In this document: one piece after another, positions 19,863 through 29,733 of the stretch
Layout of the letters: each line of letters starts with the position of its first letter
How positions within the stretch are numbered: the stretch's first letter is position 1
Assembly: GCA_040901865.1 (NCBI GenBank)
Contig: JBBDYD010000137.1
Coordinates: 13,089-77,088, forward strand
Length of the DNA stretch: 64,000 bases
Reading direction: 5' to 3'
From: Bacteroidota bacterium
GTDB taxonomy: Bacteria; Bacteroidota; Ignavibacteria; UBA10030
Translations under genes and position numbers: made by a program
Notes under the pieces: generated by a model
The model's input: the letters and a program-made list of their open reading frames with translations, nothing else
The model's database searches: none
Told to the model about the DNA's origin: nothing

Positions 19863-21143
19863 ATGGAAATTACACTCGGGCCCGCGAAATCCATCGTCGG
19901 TACATTTGACGTACCGGGGGATAAGTCGATTTCCCACCGGGCCCTCCTTGTTGCCTCCATCGCAGACGGAGTTTCTTCGTTGCATAATCTGCTCCAGGCA
20001 CAAGATCCCGAGAGCACGATACGCTGTCTCCGTTCATTGGGTGTCAAGATTACGCGAAACGGTGAGACTACGGAAGTGTACGGCCAGGGGCTGAACGGCT
20101 TCCGGCGGCCAACGGCTGATCTCGATGCCGGCAATTCCGGAACCACGATGCGGCTCTTGAGCGGTATCCTGGCCGGACAGCCCTTTGAATCGACCATCAC
20201 AGGCGACGAATCTCTCAGAAACCGACCGATGCAGCGGGTGGTGGATCCCCTGACCCGCATGGGGGCAGTGATCTCCTCCCAAAAGGGTAAACCACCCCTC
20301 ACGATTCAAGGCAAAAACCCTCTCGATGCGATCTCGCACACACTTCAGGTTCCGAGCGCTCAGGTTAAATCCGCCATTCTTCTCGCCGGTCTGTTTGCCG
20401 AGGGCGCGACAACTATCACCGAGAAAGTCATCACCCGCGACCACACGGAGCGATTGTTGAATCTTCCGGTACGCACGAATGAAGAAGGCAGAACCATCAC
20501 CGTAGTCGGTGGGACGAGAATCCCTCCTTTCACCATTGTTGTTCCCGGAGATATTTCTTCAGCCGTTTTTCTTATCTGTGCAGCGGCACTCGTTCCAGGA
20601 TCAGATATTGTCATCCGAAACGTCGGCCTCAACCCGACACGAACAGCCGTTCTTGGGATACTCACTAATGCAGGGCTTCAATTGTCTGTAGAGAGGACTT
20701 CGCATCAAGAACCCGAAGAATACGGTGACATTCGTGTAAAGTTTGGACCGGCCAGCCGGCCCATCGATCTCGACAGTGCGGTTGTTCCGCAAATCATCGA
20801 CGAGATTCCAGCGCTCGCTGTTCTCGCGGCCGCTTCCGGCGTGGAATGTTCTGTGCGGGGTGCAGGAGAATTACGGGTGAAGGAGTCAGACCGCGTTAGC
20901 CTGCTCGTGAGAAACCTGCGATCAATCGGCGTTCCGGCTGAAGAAGCAGGGGATGGCTTTTCGTTTGAGCGGGCCGTGATCACATCGGGTCGCGTTCAAA
21001 GCGGGGGCGACCATCGTATTGCGATGGCGTTCGCGCTTGCAGGACTCAGGGGGGGAGCCGAAATAACCATTGACGAAGCGGAGGCGAGCGAGATTTCATT
21101 TCCACACTATTGGGGTGTTCTAGAATCATTTCAGAAGCGTTAA
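19863..21143 (+). CDS. aroA: 3-phosphoshikimate 1-carboxyvinyltransferase (EPSP synthase)
   Basis: VPGDKSISHRAL, DAGNSGTTMRLLSG, ELRVKESDR motifs. Confidence 0.93.
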   Translation: MEITLGPAKSIVGTFDVPGDKSISHRALLVASIADGVSSLHNLLQAQDPESTIRCLRSLGVKITRNGETTEVYGQGLNGFRRPTADLDAGNSGTTMRLLSGILAGQPFESTITGDESLRNRPMQRVVDPLTRMGAVISSQKGKPPLTIQGKNPLDAISHTLQVPSAQVKSAILLAGLFAEGATTITEKVITRDHTERLLNLPVRTNEEGRTITVVGGTRIPPFTIVVPGDISSAVFLICAAALVPGSDIVIRNVGLNPTRTAVLGILTNAGLQLSVERTSHQEPEEYGDIRVKFGPASRPIDLDSAVVPQIIDEIPALAVLAAASGVECSVRGAGELRVKESDRVSLLVRNLRSIGVPAEEAGDGFSFERAVITSGRVQSGGDHRIAMAFALAGLRGGAEITIDEAEASEISFPHYWGVLESFQKR

Positions 21144-21159
21144 TTCCCGGGAGGCTTTC

Positions 21160-22290
21160 GTGGCTAGTGTGATCCTTCAAAATGTCAAAAAAGTATACGA
21201 AGATGGATTTGTTGCCGTTCATGGGATAAACCTGGAAGTCAAAGACAAGGAATTTGTTGTTCTCGTCGGTCCTTCAGGATGTGGAAAATCCACGACCCTG
21301 AGAATGATCGCGGGACTCGAAGATATCACCGAAGGCACTATAAGGATTGATGAGAGGGTCGTCAACGACGTTGCGCCTAAGGACAGGGATATCGCCATGG
21401 TCTTCCAGAATTATGCGTTATACCCGCATATGACGGTGTATGACAACATGGCGTTTGGCCTTACACTCCGAAAGTTCCCGAAGAAGGAGGTGGACGCGCG
21501 AGTCAGGGAGGCGGCTGCGATTTTGGGACTCGACAACTATCTCGACAAGAAACCGAAAGTCTTGTCGGGAGGACAGAGGCAGCGGGTGGCTGTGGGGAGG
21601 GCGATTGTGCGGAAACCAAAGGTGTTCCTCTTTGACGAGCCTCTTAGCAATTTGGATGCCAAACTGCGAGTGCAAATGCGGATGGAGATCTCAAAATTGC
21701 ACCGTAACCTCGGTGCGACGATGATCTATGTGACACACGACCAAACGGAGGCGATGACGATGGGCGAGAGGATCGTTCTGATGAAGGACGGCGTGGTACA
21801 GCAGATCGACACACCCCTGAAGATCTATGACCGGCCGGTCAACAAATTCACAGCTGGGTTCATTGGTACGCCAGCCATGAATTTTCTTGACGGGAGGATT
21901 ATTGGAAGGAAATCAGTCGGGTTTAAGGAAACCGGTGATGGGTTGTCGTTTACGGTGCCTGCAGCCATGCAGAAACTCCTGAACCCGTTCTCGGGGAAGA
22001 ACATGACCATGGGGGTCAGGCCGGAGAACATCTACCTGAAGTCCCGCTCAGCCGGTATTAAACGCCCGCTGACTCTTCGCGCAAACGTTGAAGCCGTCGA
22101 ACCAATGGGGAATGAGACGTACCTCTATTTTTCGACGAGGAAAGATGGAAGCCAACACGTTGCGAGAGTACGGTCATCGGAAGGATTTGCGGTGGGTAAA
22201 CCGGTAAATCTGTTGTTCGATCTTGAGAAGGCACATTTCTTCGATTCAGTCACTGAAATGGCCGTTTTGCAGACTGGAACGAAACGGTGA
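21160..22290 (+). CDS. Carbohydrate-type ABC transporter ATP-binding protein (MalK/UgpC/MsiK-like), no cognate permease nearby
   Basis: GTG start. GPSGCGKSTTLRMIAGLE, LSGGQRQRVAVGRA, and a C-terminal MalK-like regulatory domain (about 130 aa beyond the ATPase core). Confidence 0.88.
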   Translation: MASVILQNVKKVYEDGFVAVHGINLEVKDKEFVVLVGPSGCGKSTTLRMIAGLEDITEGTIRIDERVVNDVAPKDRDIAMVFQNYALYPHMTVYDNMAFGLTLRKFPKKEVDARVREAAAILGLDNYLDKKPKVLSGGQRQRVAVGRAIVRKPKVFLFDEPLSNLDAKLRVQMRMEISKLHRNLGATMIYVTHDQTEAMTMGERIVLMKDGVVQQIDTPLKIYDRPVNKFTAGFIGTPAMNFLDGRIIGRKSVGFKETGDGLSFTVPAAMQKLLNPFSGKNMTMGVRPENIYLKSRSAGIKRPLTLRANVEAVEPMGNETYLYFSTRKDGSQHVARVRSSEGFAVGKPVNLLFDLEKAHFFDSVTEMAVLQTGTKR

Positions 22291-22307
22291 CCTTTTCAGG
22301 ACTCTCT

Positions 22308-23951
22308 TCAGAGCCTGATAATCTGATGTTTGAACTTGTCGATGACCAATTCGCCGCGTAGCCAGCGGAGAAACTCGAGCCCGTACTTATTGAGGAAATG
22401 CAGGATATTAAGTTCCCGTTCCTGAAAATTCGAGCCGGGAAATACGTGGTTCGCAGCCTTTTCCACCTGTCGAATGGCGACTTCGTTCTGGCGTTTTTGA
22501 GCGGCAACCGTTTTTTGCCTGATCGCTTCGAGTTGAAAATCGATCTTACTCTTAGCCGTATCCAGCGCGCCAGCAAGGGTGGGATCAATCTTGATCAACC
22601 CGGCACGTAATGACTCAAGCGTTTCTGTTATCGACCCCCCAGTCCCCCCGAATAACTCCTCGAGTTTGACCGACGAGGAATGCTCAGCAACCCTCTGCTT
22701 CACCAATTCAACATCGCGGAAAAAATCGGAGAGGGACAACTGATATCTTGTGAAGACTTTCTCCACTTTTTCCTCCACGATTGACGCGCTTGCGCGTGGA
22801 TAGAGAACAGGTGCCGGAATACTGAACTCGGCGTAGACCGGTTTCAACTGGGCAAAATACGATAGTTCTCCCGGCCCGGCGACGTACGCGATGGTGGGGA
22901 GGAGCGAATCTTGACAAATGGGTCTGAGGACGACATTCGGACTGAAGAGTTCAGGTTTTTCATCCGTGAGTTTGATAAGTTCATCTTTCGTAAACTGTTG
23001 CCTGCTATTCTTCAATCCAAATCCTGTTGATTTTGGCTCGATAAGATAGCGTCCTGCGTTATGAAAGAGGAAAAGGTTCACCGGTTTTGGTTTAATCTGT
23101 GCGTGATATTGTTTTTCCACCTCTACGCTTTGGTCAACGACAAGCTGGCAGGTCCGGGGTGTTTGCTCTAATTCTTTCCGGAAAACCGGCGACAACAGTT
23201 TCTTGAGTTGCGGATCGTTCGGATTCAAAAACACGAGGCCGGAATCCTCGAGCAGGTCGTTCATGAGATGAACGAATGCCCGGTTAAAGGTCATTCCTTT
23301 CTGATAGGCGACGCGGAAGAGTTCCATGACCTTGGGGCGGAATTCTGTGGCAGGGAGGCTGTTTTCGAGGGTCTGAAAAAGGTCGCCGATGGATTCTTGA
23401 AATTCAATCTGTCCGACGGCCCCGGGATTGCCCGTCCTGATCTTTTCGCCCGGATCGTATGTGAGGGTGAGCAGATCGTTTGACTGGTTCAACATCTTGA
23501 CGGAACCGACTTCCTCGTAATCGTGATCTTCGCCTTCCAGCCAGAACACGGGGACGAAAACGAACTCAGGGTACTGCTCCTGTAGCTTTTCGGTCAGCTT
23601 AAGGGTTGTGAGGGTCTTGTAAATGGTATAGAGGGGACCGGTAAAGAGCCCAACCTGCTGCCCGGTGACAACGGCCAACGTGTTGTCATTGCTGAGGGCA
23701 TCAATGTTTGCGAGCGTCTTCACGCCGCAATGAAAATCGCGGTTTTGAATCGAGAGGACCCGGGCGACTTCTGAACGTGGAATGGTCCTTTTCGCAACGA
23801 GGTCCAGGGCTGCTTGCCAGTGTGCCGGATCCCGGAAATTCCATGTGTAGAATTTTTTTACTTTTTCGAAATCGTTGACATAGTCGATGAAGAGGGAGGA
23901 GAACGAGGAACCATTGGAAGGGAGATCGCTGTAGTCAATCCAATTCATCAA
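22308..23951 (-). CDS. bshC: Bacillithiol biosynthesis protein BshC (putative cysteine ligase)
   Basis: 547 aa. VVTGQQVGLFTGPLYTIYK and PVFWLEGEDHD closely match the YllA/BshC signature remembered from Bacillus subtilis. Coiled-coil-like C-terminus. Confidence 0.75.
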   Translation of the reverse strand: MMNWIDYSDLPSNGSSFSSLFIDYVNDFEKVKKFYTWNFRDPAHWQAALDLVAKRTIPRSEVARVLSIQNRDFHCGVKTLANIDALSNDNTLAVVTGQQVGLFTGPLYTIYKTLTTLKLTEKLQEQYPEFVFVPVFWLEGEDHDYEEVGSVKMLNQSNDLLTLTYDPGEKIRTGNPGAVGQIEFQESIGDLFQTLENSLPATEFRPKVMELFRVAYQKGMTFNRAFVHLMNDLLEDSGLVFLNPNDPQLKKLLSPVFRKELEQTPRTCQLVVDQSVEVEKQYHAQIKPKPVNLFLFHNAGRYLIEPKSTGFGLKNSRQQFTKDELIKLTDEKPELFSPNVVLRPICQDSLLPTIAYVAGPGELSYFAQLKPVYAEFSIPAPVLYPRASASIVEEKVEKVFTRYQLSLSDFFRDVELVKQRVAEHSSSVKLEELFGGTGGSITETLESLRAGLIKIDPTLAGALDTAKSKIDFQLEAIRQKTVAAQKRQNEVAIRQVEKAANHVFPGSNFQERELNILHFLNKYGLEFLRWLRGELVIDKFKHQIIRL

Positions 23952-24109
23952 GATGCAGGTGGTTGGTGAGTGGCGCTGTTGCTAAAGTGAGAATATACGT
24001 TATAGTGCGACGAGCCGCAAGAATTGACCGGTGGCCAGAAGAGACCGCTTGAGAATGGAATTCCTCAACAGTGAAAGGAAGAGACTCATAATCATTCTCG
24101 GATTTTTTC

Positions 24110-24138
24110 TTGACAAATCAGGGTTGCTTTCCTATATT
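24110..24138 (+). promoter_or_regulatory. Sigma70-like promoter for the respiratory supercluster
   Basis: TTGACA (24110-24115), a 17-nt spacer, then TATATT (24133-24138), about 55 nt upstream of the ferredoxin ATG. Promoter consensus for this lineage is unknown. Confidence 0.45.
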
Positions 24139-24193
24139 GTCTCTGTTATAACCGCATCTCACAATCCGATTCGAGGCTACGAACGCATCGCAC

Positions 24194-24520
24194 ATGAGCG
24201 ACATTCAAGGAACAGCATCTCAAAAGCCTGTGCCCGCCGCAATACCTCCTGTCAAGAAGAAGAAAAAATCAGCTATCATCGCGGTTGTTCATCCGGAAGG
24301 GTGTACCGGGTGTGAAGTCTGTATTGAGTTTTGCCCCGTTGATTGTCTCTACAAGGTTCCCGGACCCGAAAATCCGGAAGAACATGGGTACGTGAGCATG
24401 AATGGAATCGTCATTGTCGATGAAGAGGTCTGCATCGGATGTAAGCTCTGCGCAAAGTACTGTCCGTGGGAAACTATCGACATGGTCAAGAGGGTGGAGG
24501 AGTCTGATGTCGTTGCTTAA
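24194..24520 (+). CDS. 2[4Fe-4S] ferredoxin-type protein with a Lys-rich N-terminus
   Basis: Two CxxCxxCxxxCP motifs, CTGCEVCIEFCP and CIGCKLCAKYCP. No signal peptide. First gene of the Rieske/cytochrome b module. Confidence 0.85.
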   Translation: MSDIQGTASQKPVPAAIPPVKKKKKSAIIAVVHPEGCTGCEVCIEFCPVDCLYKVPGPENPEEHGYVSMNGIVIVDEEVCIGCKLCAKYCPWETIDMVKRVEESDVVA

Positions 24521-24577
24521 CCCTCCCGTGCATTGATTTCCGACTTCTGACAGAATAGACAATCGAAGGAATGCTTC

Positions 24578-25210
24578 ATGTCGGATCAGACAACTGAGAA
24601 TGTCCAAAAGGATACCTCGTCTTCGGGCGGGGCTGGACCAAAGACCACTCCTGTAATTTCTCAAACACCACTTCCCCGAAAACCCAAGCAGGACCGTCCG
24701 GCAGATCAAGACCCCGGGATCTGGCGCACGAATCGGCGCAATGTGCTTGCCGTGACTGGATGGATGGGCTTCTTAGGATTCATTATCATTTCAACTGTTG
24801 GCGCCCTCCGGTACATGTTTCCCCGTGTCCTGTTTGAGCCGCCGACAAAATTCAAGGCCGGTTTTCCACAGGATTTCATGATCGGTGAAGTGAGTGAAAA
24901 GTACAAAGACGAAAAACGGGTCTGGATTGTCCGGGAAAAAGAAGGGTTCTATGCATTGATTTCGATCTGTACTCATCTTGGATGCACTCCGCGTTGGCTC
25001 CCGGGCGATAACAAGTTCAAATGCCCGTGCCATGGGAGCGGGTTCTACAGAACGGGAGTTAATTTTGAGGGTCCGGCTCCCCGTCCCTTGGAACGCGCAT
25101 TTATTGGCATTGCAGACGACGGGCAGTTGCAAATTGACCGTAGCGTGAAATTCCTCTATGAAAAGAATGAGTGGGGAAGAATCGGTTCGTTTCTCCCCTA
25201 CACAGGGTAA
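24578..25210 (+). CDS. Rieske [2Fe-2S] protein of a cytochrome bc/b6f-type complex
   Basis: CTHLGC and CPCHGS boxes. Twin-arginine-like TNRRNVLAV followed by a TM helix. Confidence 0.9.
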   Translation: MSDQTTENVQKDTSSSGGAGPKTTPVISQTPLPRKPKQDRPADQDPGIWRTNRRNVLAVTGWMGFLGFIIISTVGALRYMFPRVLFEPPTKFKAGFPQDFMIGEVSEKYKDEKRVWIVREKEGFYALISICTHLGCTPRWLPGDNKFKCPCHGSGFYRTGVNFEGPAPRPLERAFIGIADDGQLQIDRSVKFLYEKNEWGRIGSFLPYTG

Positions 25211-25225
25211 CTCAGGAGTGCCAGC

Positions 25226-25999
25226 ATGGCATTGATGGAACAATTTAAAAAGTCGGAATTCTATAAATCAATTTTCCGGCATTCGTACCAGGACACACAG
25301 CGAAACCGGGCGCTTCAGATTGTCGATAACGTATTTCTCCATCTCCACCCCGTTCGCGTACCCCGCCATGCGACCAACATTGGTTTCACCTGGGGCATGG
25401 GAGGCATCACCTTCCTCCTGTTCCTTGTCCTGACAATCACCGGCGTGATTCTGATGTTCTATTACCGGCCGACAGCGCAGTATGCGTATGAGGACATGAA
25501 GTACCTCATGAACGACGTTCCGTTCGGTCCGCTGATGCGGAACATGCACCGATGGGCCGCGCACGCAATGGTACTGACGGTGATGCTTCATATGTTCCGG
25601 GTCTTCCTCACCGGCTCATACAAACCACCGCGTCAATTTAACTGGATGGTCGGAGTGATCCTCCTCGTTCTCACATTGCTGCTGAGTTTCTCCGGGTACT
25701 TATTGCCCTGGGATCAGCTTGCGATCTGGGCTGTCACTGTCGGAACGAACATGGCCCGCGCGACCCCGCTGCTTGGCCATGAAGGTCCGTTTGGACCAGA
25801 GCTCGGGATGCGGATTGACAACGATGTTCGATTCGTTCTCCTCGGTGGAACCGAGGTTGGCCCCCCAACCTTGCTACGGTTCTACGTGGGACATTGTATT
25901 TTTCTTCCGTTGATTGCCGTCATTTTCATGGCAGTTCACTTCTGGAGAGTGCGCAAGGATGGCGGCATCTCAGGACCTGAATCCAAAAAGAATTTCTAA
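25226..25999 (+). CDS. Cytochrome b6-like subunit (N-terminal four-helix half of cytochrome b)
   Basis: Heme ligands [15 protein letters not shown] (H-x13-H) and [16 protein letters not shown] (H-x14-H, the b6 spacing). The C-terminal [11 protein letters not shown] resembles the b6 ending. Confidence 0.9.
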   Translation: MALMEQFKKSEFYKSIFRHSYQDTQRNRALQIVDNVFLHLHPVRVPRHATNIGFTWGMGGITFLLFLVLTITGVILMFYYRPTAQYAYEDMKYLMNDVPFGPLMRNMHRWAAHAMVLTVMLHMFRVFLTGSYKPPRQFNWMVGVILLVLTLLLSFSGYLLPWDQLAIWAVTVGTNMARATPLLGHEGPFGPELGMRIDNDVRFVLLGGTEVGPPTLLRFYVGHCIFLPLIAVIFMAVHFWRVRKDGGISGPESKKNF

Positions 26000-26031
26000 T
26001 CCGCTGACCAAAAGCCCGGACCGGGAACCTC

Positions 26032-26934
26032 ATGGAACAATTTCTGGAAATCATCTCGAAGCCTGACAATATTCCGATTGTCGCGCTTCTGGTAAGCGTC
26101 ATCTTCTTCTCTTGGCTGGCATGGTCAAAAGCCCGCCGCAACGATGCATTGCCGGTTCCGCTGGAAGCGACAATGGATGACAAGGTGCAGGTGTGGCCCT
26201 ATTTGGTCCGCGTCGAGTTTCTTGCAACCATTGCCGTGATGGCCGTTCTCGTTTTATGGTCGGTGTTTCTTGATGCTCCACTTGAGGAACCTGCAAACCG
26301 AGCCTTGACACCAAACCCTTCGAAGGCTCCATGGTACTTTCTCGGCCTCCAGGAACTCCTGGTTTACTTCGATCCCTGGATTGCGGGCGTCGTGCTTCCA
26401 ACGCTCATTATCGTAGGCCTGATGGCGATCCCGTACATTGATATCAACGAAAAAGGAAACGGGTATTATACGTTTAAGGATCGCAAGTTTTCGATACTGG
26501 TGTTTGCGTTCGGATTTATCGTGTTATGGGTCGCTCTGATCGTCTTGGGAACTTTTATGCGCGGTCCGGGATGGAATTTCTTCCTGCCATGGGAAAAATG
26601 GGATCCCCATTATATCGGCGTTCTCACGAATGTGGATCTTTCGGAACTTCTGGGAATGCCAACGCGATTGCCTGACAACACGCTGAATCCCGCGGCTATG
26701 ATCTTTGGCGCAGTGGTTGTCATCGGATACTATGCCATCGGACCGATTTACTGGATCTTGAAGCGAAAGAACGAGTTGATGCAGAACCTGGGGGTTGTAC
26801 GATACGCGATCGTTTCGTTCCTCCTTCTGAGCATGGGAGGCGTTCTGATCAAAATCCTTCTGCGTCTTGCCCCGACTGCGCTCGGTATGAATCCTGTGAA
26901 ATATGTCTGGGTTACTCCCTGGTTCAACATCTAG
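26032..26934 (+). CDS. Subunit-IV-like C-terminal half of cytochrome b, with extra helices
   Basis: SKAPWYFLGLQELL aligns to the PEWYF...Q.L Qo motif region of subunit IV. 300 aa, so longer than a canonical subunit IV. Confidence 0.8.
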   Translation: MEQFLEIISKPDNIPIVALLVSVIFFSWLAWSKARRNDALPVPLEATMDDKVQVWPYLVRVEFLATIAVMAVLVLWSVFLDAPLEEPANRALTPNPSKAPWYFLGLQELLVYFDPWIAGVVLPTLIIVGLMAIPYIDINEKGNGYYTFKDRKFSILVFAFGFIVLWVALIVLGTFMRGPGWNFFLPWEKWDPHYIGVLTNVDLSELLGMPTRLPDNTLNPAAMIFGAVVVIGYYAIGPIYWILKRKNELMQNLGVVRYAIVSFLLLSMGGVLIKILLRLAPTALGMNPVKYVWVTPWFNI

Positions 26935-27059
26935 TGGTTCTTCAATTAAATAATCTTGTGTTTTCGAGAACGCGAGCACAAGTGGAAGCGGCACTAATGC
27001 CTTTTGAAAAAGCATTGAGTCTGGGCAAATGAAATTGATCGATCGAAGGAGTTCTCGAG

Positions 27060-29693
27060 ATGTTTGAGCAACGCTCTCGCATTCCGGTTGAACAGCGAAG
27101 CTACGGCCGATTTTACATTGCATTCAGCGCGATTCTGTTCCTCGGCACTGTCTGGGCTGTTTGGGATGAAGTGACGGTCCGTCGCCCGTGGAAAGATTAC
27201 CAGGAAGTGTTCTATGCAACGTTATACCAGCGGCTGGATTCACTAAAGCAAGCGGCGGTTTCGGAAATTGATTCCAGTGAAATTGCTGCCTTTGAATCCG
27301 CATTACGCGATGCGCAAGCAGCGTTGAAAACCGATGGATACCTTCAGGCCGCCGAGAAGAAGACGGCATTGCTGGGCGATCTGGAAAATGCAACCCGCGA
27401 ATGGCGATTTGCCAGAAGCAGGTCCGATGCTGCATACTACCAGTATCAAAAGACCGCCTTGTCTGGGGCGGACGCATCATCAGAAAAAGCAGAGGTGGAG
27501 CATCACGACGCACGGATTGCAGAATATGCTGCTGAGATGGCAAACCTGCAGGCACAGATTGCCGTTTATGATACGACAGTCAATATATACGTCGACGCTG
27601 TTCTCAGAGCAACGGCCGATCTTCGCGGACTCTATGTAGCAGCCGACGCCTTCAACTTGAAGCTTGAACTGGCTTCAAGGGCGCCTCGTGATATCAAACA
27701 AGTGATGTTGCCTGATTTCGAATATACTCCGTTCACAGAGATCAAAGCGCGTATCGACCGGTGTCAGACGTGTCACCTGGGCTGGGGGGAAAGCGTCATG
27801 GAGGATGCTCCCCAACCATTTACCAAACATCCGCTGCCAGAGTTGCTCGCAGTCCACAATCCGGAAACCTTCGGATGCACGCCTTGTCATCGCGGTCAGG
27901 GACCGGCCCTGACAGAGGGGTTTGCCCATGGTTTTGAGGACAAACATTGGGAAACACCAATCCTCAAAGGTGTCGAAACCTATGCGACATGCAATACATG
28001 CCATTCTGAAGAAACCGTCCTCAAACACGCGAAACCATTTACGAAGGCCAAACAAATCGTTCTGGAATCCGGTTGCTATGGATGCCATGAGATTAAGGGA
28101 TACACGAATCCTCCCAAAATCGGTCCCGTGTTGAACTCGTTGACCTCGAAAACAACGCCGGAATGGATCTATCGTTGGGTCAAGAATCCAAAAGACTACA
28201 ATCCGCACACGAGAATGCCGAATTTTGAATTTGGAGACAGCGATGCCGAGGCAATCACAGCGTATCTCGTGAAGATCGGACGAGAATCGGACTTCGCTCC
28301 GCAACGGTCCCGCGGCTCATTTGCTGGCGGAAGTGCGTCCCGCGGCAAGGAACTTTTCGAAACAGTTGGATGTCAGGCTTGCCACGTAGCAGGGGGATAC
28401 ACCGCGGTGCGGGATGAACGAGGGACAAGCTATGATGTTGCCCCGGAACTTACGCGCGTTGGCAGCAAGGTGACCGCGGACTGGCTCTTTGATTGGCTCA
28501 AGAATCCCCGCCATTACAATCCGACAACCAGAATGCCAAGCCTCCGCCTCACAGACGACGAAGCACGGAACCTTGTTGCATTCCTCGTGTTGCAAAAGGA
28601 CGAGCGAAGCCTGCCTCGGGTAACGCTTGACCTTGGAAGTCCGGAGAAGATCGCGCGCGGGGATGCTTTGATCCGTGAATTCGGATGCGCTGGGTGCCAT
28701 GAGATCAAGGGAATGGAGCGGGAGGGGAAAGTCAGTGTTGATCTTTCCGACTTCGGCAGAAAGAAAGTCGAGCAAATGGATTTCGGAAACACCCTGCCGC
28801 TCGGTAAGAATACGGATATTGAGTACCAGAAGAATGCGGATGGCACGGTATCGGTCAAGCACACCTGGGCTGGCTGGGTGAAGGGGAAATTGAACAATTC
28901 GAGATTGTACATAACAGAACGAATTGCGCAAAAGATGCCGATCTTTTCGTTTAATGATGAGGAAATAGCGCTGATCCGAACGTTTTTGGTCAGCATGACC
29001 CGAGATGCTCCGCTACCCACGTACCAACATGATTTTACAAAGCGGGTGAAGGACCTTGAAGCCGGGAGGCGACTGTCTGTACAGTATAATTGCATCCAGT
29101 GTCATTCGCTCGAGGATCGGGGAGCATTCATGACAGTGAAATACGAGGATCCCGGGCTCGGACCTCCTCCGCTTCCGGAAAGCCAGGGAGCAAAAGTGCA
29201 GGAACAATGGCTCCATAGCTTCCTCAGGAATCCGACGACCGTTCGCCCGTGGCTGAAACTCCGGATGCCGACGTTTCAGTTGTCCGACCAGGAAATCGGC
29301 ACAATCCAAAAGTACTTCCTTGCAATGTCAAATCAGGATTTTGTAATTCGGGACTATGCCGCCACGACTGTGGAAGCGAAGTACGCGAGCCCGGGGAGAA
29401 AGCTGTTTGAGCTCTATCAGTGCGCCAAGTGTCATCCCTCCGGCACGGCGGACCTGTCGGAACTTTCAGCTTCGGATCTCGCGCCGGACCTTTCGCTGGC
29501 GGCCTCACGTCTCAAGCCGGAGTGGATTGTTGAATGGATTATCGATCCCCAAAAGTTGCAACCGGGAACGCGCATGCCCACGTTCTTTTATGACGGAGAG
29601 GCACCCGATCAGGAAACGCTCGGCGGAGATGTTCGGGAACAGGCGAAGGCTTTGTCAGCTCACATCTGGAATCTCGGGAAACGAAATCGTTAA
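27060..29693 (+). CDS. Membrane-anchored octaheme c-type cytochrome (877 aa)
   Basis: AAGGAG SD. N-terminal TM helix YIAFSAILFLGTVWAVW. Eight CxxCH motifs: CQTCH, CTPCH, CNTCH, CYGCH, CQACH, CAGCH, CIQCH, CAKCH. Confidence 0.85.
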   Translation: MFEQRSRIPVEQRSYGRFYIAFSAILFLGTVWAVWDEVTVRRPWKDYQEVFYATLYQRLDSLKQAAVSEIDSSEIAAFESALRDAQAALKTDGYLQAAEKKTALLGDLENATREWRFARSRSDAAYYQYQKTALSGADASSEKAEVEHHDARIAEYAAEMANLQAQIAVYDTTVNIYVDAVLRATADLRGLYVAADAFNLKLELASRAPRDIKQVMLPDFEYTPFTEIKARIDRCQTCHLGWGESVMEDAPQPFTKHPLPELLAVHNPETFGCTPCHRGQGPALTEGFAHGFEDKHWETPILKGVETYATCNTCHSEETVLKHAKPFTKAKQIVLESGCYGCHEIKGYTNPPKIGPVLNSLTSKTTPEWIYRWVKNPKDYNPHTRMPNFEFGDSDAEAITAYLVKIGRESDFAPQRSRGSFAGGSASRGKELFETVGCQACHVAGGYTAVRDERGTSYDVAPELTRVGSKVTADWLFDWLKNPRHYNPTTRMPSLRLTDDEARNLVAFLVLQKDERSLPRVTLDLGSPEKIARGDALIREFGCAGCHEIKGMEREGKVSVDLSDFGRKKVEQMDFGNTLPLGKNTDIEYQKNADGTVSVKHTWAGWVKGKLNNSRLYITERIAQKMPIFSFNDEEIALIRTFLVSMTRDAPLPTYQHDFTKRVKDLEAGRRLSVQYNCIQCHSLEDRGAFMTVKYEDPGLGPPPLPESQGAKVQEQWLHSFLRNPTTVRPWLKLRMPTFQLSDQEIGTIQKYFLAMSNQDFVIRDYAATTVEAKYASPGRKLFELYQCAKCHPSGTADLSELSASDLAPDLSLAASRLKPEWIVEWIIDPQKLQPGTRMPTFFYDGEAPDQETLGGDVREQAKALSAHIWNLGKRNR

Positions 29694-29733
29694 TGGACCT
29701 TTTTTTTCATTTACATGAAGGAGTGCGAATACG

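Noticed and set aside
24031-24315. 94-aa ORF spanning the intergenic region upstream of the ferredoxin gene
   Set aside because: It covers the TTGACA/TATATT promoter and runs out of frame into the ferredoxin CDS. It has no SD and no motifs.
26955-27016. Two hairpins (cttgtg...cacaag and aatgc...gcatt) in the 125-nt spacer between the subunit-IV-like gene and the octaheme cytochrome gene
   Set aside because: The stems are imperfect and no U tract follows, so I do not call a terminator. They might be mRNA processing or stability elements, but the evidence is too weak.
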